64,000 bases of DNA. Source: an uncultured Alphaproteobacteria bacterium (GTDB taxonomy: Bacteria > Pseudomonadota > Alphaproteobacteria > Rhodobacterales > Rhodobacteraceae). Position 1 is the first letter of the stretch. Each line of letters opens with the position of its first letter. The position numbers were made by a program, and so were the translations under genes. Under the pieces are notes generated by a model. It was given only the letters and a program-made list of their open reading frames with translations. It was not told the origin of the DNA and ran no database searches. Location: the NCBI GenBank assembly GCA_963832275.1, contig CAWHTQ010000019.1, positions 2,093,337-2,157,336 on the forward strand, read 5' to 3'. Shown in pieces: positions 61,372 to 64,000 of this stretch.

Positions 61372-62715
61372 CTAGCGGGTGACGGCGGCGCCGTCCGCGA
61401 CGAACATGTTGGCCCAGGCGCGGTCGATCAGGTCCGGGCGCATCTGGTGGGGGATGCCCTCGAACTCGCAGATCGCGGCGAGCTGATCGATGAGGAAGGC
61501 GGGCTGATAGTTGGCGTAGACGTCGCCGATGGTGGGGTACTTCTCCTGCATGAGGTAGATGAGGGCCTCCTCGTCGAGCGGCATCCCCTTGGCCTTGGCG
61601 ACGAGGGCGAAGATCTGGAGGAAGCCGTCGCGATCCGGCCCGTCGACGCGGATCTTGTAGAAGATGCGGCGGAGCGCGGCGCCGTCGAAGATCTCGTTCG
61701 GGTGGAAGTTCGTCGAGAAGACGACGAGCGTGTCGAACGGCACCTCGAACTTCTCGCCCGATTGCAGCGCGAGGATGTCGCGGCCTTCCTCCAGGGGGAC
61801 GATCCAGCGGTTCACGAGCGCCTGGGGCGGCTCCTCCTGCCGACCGAGATCGTCGACGATGAAGACGCCGCCGGCGGCCTTGAGCTGGAGCGAGGCCTGA
61901 TAGGTGCGGGCGGTGGGGTTGTAGACGAGGTCGAGCATCGAGAGCTTGAGCTCGCCGCCGGTAATGACGGTCGGACGCTCGCAGCGGACATAGCGCGGAT
62001 CGGGCGTCTCGCGGCGGCGCAGGGCGGCGGCGTCCGGGGCGGCCGGCTCGGCGGCGGGGGTGTGCACGATAGGGTCGTAGACGGTGATGACCTGTCCCCC
62101 GTAGAGGATGGCGCGGGGGACGTAGATCGTGTCGCCGATGGCGTCGCGGATTCCGTTGGAGATCGAGGACTTGCCGTTGCCGGGGGGGCCGAACATCAGG
62201 ATCGAGCGCCCGGCGCCGACGGCCGGGCCGAGCTGGTCCATGAGGCCGTCGGGCAGGACGAGATGGCCCATCGCCGCGGAGAGGCGCTCGCGCGACATGC
62301 GGATCCTGCGGATGGACTGGCGGCGGACCTGCTCGGCGTAGACCGCCAGGGGGACGGGCATGGCGCCGTAGTACTCGGACTGCGCCAGGGCGCTCTTGGC
62401 GCGGGCGCGCCCGGTGTCGGAGAGGCGGAACCCCATCTCGCTCGAGGCGCCCGCGTGCATCGTGCCGATCGCCTCCACGAGGTTCTGATCGCGCGCGGCG
62501 TCGAGGACCTCCTGCGCGACGCCGTTCGGCAGGGCGACGGCGCGGGCGACGGCCGAGAGCGCCGTGAGGTTGGTGCGGAACATCGTCTTGAGGAGGATCT
62601 CCTCCATCGTCACGGGGTCGAGCCCGGTCTCCGCGGCGCGGCGCGGCGCGGGCGGGTGGCGGTCCGCGCCGCGCTTCTCGGTGCGCGCGCGTTCGGGGGT
62701 GAGGTCGTTGGGCAT
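61372..62715 (-). CDS. Uncharacterised P-loop NTPase with N-terminal winged-helix-like domain
   Basis: 447 aa. Walker A FGPPGNGKSS at ~aa 180, putative Walker B FIVDDLG, conserved C-terminal region (...VVFSTNFHPNEIF...). No confident family assignment from sequence alone. Lies 75 nt downstream of cpaA on the same strand. Confidence 0.55.
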   Translation of the reverse strand: MPNDLTPERARTEKRGADRHPPAPRRAAETGLDPVTMEEILLKTMFRTNLTALSAVARAVALPNGVAQEVLDAARDQNLVEAIGTMHAGASSEMGFRLSDTGRARAKSALAQSEYYGAMPVPLAVYAEQVRRQSIRRIRMSRERLSAAMGHLVLPDGLMDQLGPAVGAGRSILMFGPPGNGKSSISNGIRDAIGDTIYVPRAILYGGQVITVYDPIVHTPAAEPAAPDAAALRRRETPDPRYVRCERPTVITGGELKLSMLDLVYNPTARTYQASLQLKAAGGVFIVDDLGRQEEPPQALVNRWIVPLEEGRDILALQSGEKFEVPFDTLVVFSTNFHPNEIFDGAALRRIFYKIRVDGPDRDGFLQIFALVAKAKGMPLDEEALIYLMQEKYPTIGDVYANYQPAFLIDQLAAICEFEGIPHQMRPDLIDRAWANMFVADGAAVTR

Positions 62716-62790
62716 GGCGCGATCTGAGGCGCAGGGTGTGGCGGGATCGTGGCGGCCGGGCGGCGGGCGCCGGGCGGATCGCGCGGATGG

Positions 62791-63261
62791 TCACAGCCGG
62801 GCGGCGAGATGGCAGATCAGGGCAGCCGCGAGGGACACGCCGTAGGGGAACTTGGGGCTCGACCAGCTCACCCAGCCGGGCGCGGCGCGGCGCACCGCGG
62901 GCACGGCGCGCGCGCCGCGGTGGAGGGCGAAGGTGACCAGGGTCAGGACCGAGAGGGCGACGGCGAAGTCGAGCCCCGCGCCGGGGGCCACGTAGAGGGC
63001 GATGGCGGCGGCGAGCTTGGCGTCCCCGGCGCCGAACCAGCGCAGCGTGGCGCCGACGAAGCCCAACGCGAGGACGATGGCGCCCTGCGCGGCGCGCACG
63101 CCGTACTCGGGCAGGGGCAGGAACAGGAGGCCGATCACCGCGAAGGCCCCGGCGAGGGACAGGACGGCGGCGTTGGGGATGCGCATCCGCGAGAGGTCCG
63201 ACAGCGCGGCCCAGGTGAGGATGGGGGCGGCCGCCAGCAGGAGCGCGAGGTCGGGCGCCAC
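62791..63261 (-). CDS. cpaA: A24-family prepilin peptidase (CpaA/TadV-like)
   Basis: 156 aa ...DLSRMRIPN...FGAGDAKLAAAIALY with the two catalytic Asp contexts. Confidence 0.75.
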   Translation of the reverse strand: MAPDLALLLAAAPILTWAALSDLSRMRIPNAAVLSLAGAFAVIGLLFLPLPEYGVRAAQGAIVLALGFVGATLRWFGAGDAKLAAAIALYVAPGAGLDFAVALSVLTLVTFALHRGARAVPAVRRAAPGWVSWSSPKFPYGVSLAAALICHLAARL

Positions 63262-63277
63262 CGGCGGGAGGGCCGGG

Positions 63278-63991
63278 TCAGGCGGGCGCGCCGAGCGCGG
63301 CCAGCGCGCTGGCGGCCGGCTCGAAATGGCGCGGGTGGGAGGCGAGCGCGTCCTGCAGGAGGCTGCGCGCGATGGCGACGTCCCCCTGCTTCACCGCCGC
63401 GAGGGCGAGGGTGTGCAGGAGCTCGGCGCGCTCCTGCTGCGTCATCTCGACCGCGGGGAGGGCGTAGTCGCGGCGGGCGCCGCGAGCGAGGGCGAGGTTG
63501 TTCTTGGCGGTGAAGAGGCCGGGATCCTCGGCGAGGGCGCGGCCGAAGAGGCGCTCGGCGGCGGCCGGATCGCCGCGCGACAGCTTGGAGTAGCCCCAGT
63601 TGTTGAGGTCCCCGGCGGGCGTGTCGGTCAGCCCGACGGCGATCTCGTGGAACGCGTCGGCCCGGTCCCAGGCGCCCGAGACGTCGGCGAGGATCGCCTC
63701 GAGCCGGTAGCGCTCGTAGCTCTCGTGGGTGGGGGGGATGCGGTCGAGGGCGGCGCGCGCCTCCTTCCAGCGCGCGAGGCGGGCGAGGGCGCCGGCATGG
63801 GCGGTCCGGTCGGCGGGGCTCGCCTCGCCCGAGGCCAGGAGCGGCTCCCAGGCGGCGACGGCGCCCTCGGGGTCGCCGGCGCGCGCCAGCGAGAGGGCCA
63901 GACCGCGGCGCAGGTCGGCGCGGGCGGGCTCGGCCTCGGCGCCGCGGGCGAAATGGGCGGCGGCGGTCTCGGGATCGCCTGAGGCGAGCAT
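63278..63991 (-). CDS. TPR-repeat protein (TadD-like), 5' end may lie beyond the window
   Basis: Repeated A-x-x-x-F/L-x-x-A-L TPR periodicity. The ATG at 63991 is the first in-window start, but the ORF remains open upstream. Confidence 0.55.
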   Translation of the reverse strand: MLASGDPETAAAHFARGAEAEPARADLRRGLALSLARAGDPEGAVAAWEPLLASGEASPADRTAHAGALARLARWKEARAALDRIPPTHESYERYRLEAILADVSGAWDRADAFHEIAVGLTDTPAGDLNNWGYSKLSRGDPAAAERLFGRALAEDPGLFTAKNNLALARGARRDYALPAVEMTQQERAELLHTLALAAVKQGDVAIARSLLQDALASHPRHFEPAASALAALGAPA

Positions 63992-64000
63992 GAGCGCATC

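Overview
This is a high-GC (~70%) chromosomal window with dense, short-gapped genes on both strands. Gene content suggests an alphaproteobacterium, Rhizobiales/Rhodobacterales-like: an arsR-aqpS-arsC-arsH operon, a VPLPA-CTERM protein, DUF1127, TctCBA and many 4-nt start/stop overlaps. This placement is inferred, not searched.

About 70 features can be supported:
(1) 1-8.7 kb, minus strand: a putative N-heterocycle catabolic island of creatininase-family protein, 2OG-Fe(II) oxygenase, two NAD(P)H:quinone-oxidoreductase paralogs, an FAD-linked oxidase, a cytosine-deaminase-like amidohydrolase and a NitT/TauT ABC importer, with a divergent RidA.
(2) A VPLPA-CTERM secreted protein.
(3) A Dpp-type peptide ABC transporter with two tandem binding proteins.
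(4) A class-III aminotransferase plus a second NitT/TauT ABC transporter.
(5) The arsR-aqpS-arsC-arsH arsenic operon.
(6) A GDPD-family phosphodiesterase and TctCBA.
(7) dtd, a PfkB kinase and a Zn-ribbon / cytochrome b561 / SPFH-DUF4339 module.
(8) A GT4 glycosyltransferase and a TerC, XpaC-like, TelA, DUF2927 toxic-anion cluster.
(9) rsuA/tadA, a ceramidase-like protein, gatC and gatA.
(10) RNase P RNA (rnpB), rpmG, and a run of housekeeping and accessory genes (AmpD, GNAT, BI-1, DUF1127/LysR, XRE/HisN-like, guaD, mgtE, 5-FCL).
(11) PdeM, a thioesterase, CsbD, an SLC13 permease, EamA, YmdB, an Lhr-core helicase, an uncharacterised P-loop NTPase, cpaA and a TPR protein.

The most striking global signal is how many otherwise recognisable genes are broken by single-base indels. 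Between 42.7 and 57 kb there are about 30 frame switches in 14 genes, and two genes elsewhere lack stop codons (SPFH-cyt b561 through a G7/C7 tract, ceramidase-gatC). This points either to a low-accuracy or indel-bearing assembly or to genuine mass pseudogenisation. The sequence alone cannot distinguish these; it is not evidence of biology until re-sequenced.

Other notable items are a dispersed ~100-nt intergenic element built from tandem CCATGCAC(A) units (two copies), a 15-bp in-frame tandem duplication in the amidohydrolase, and a Zn-ribbon + cyt b561 + SPFH module. No rRNA, tRNA, CRISPR, IS or prophage genes were recognised.
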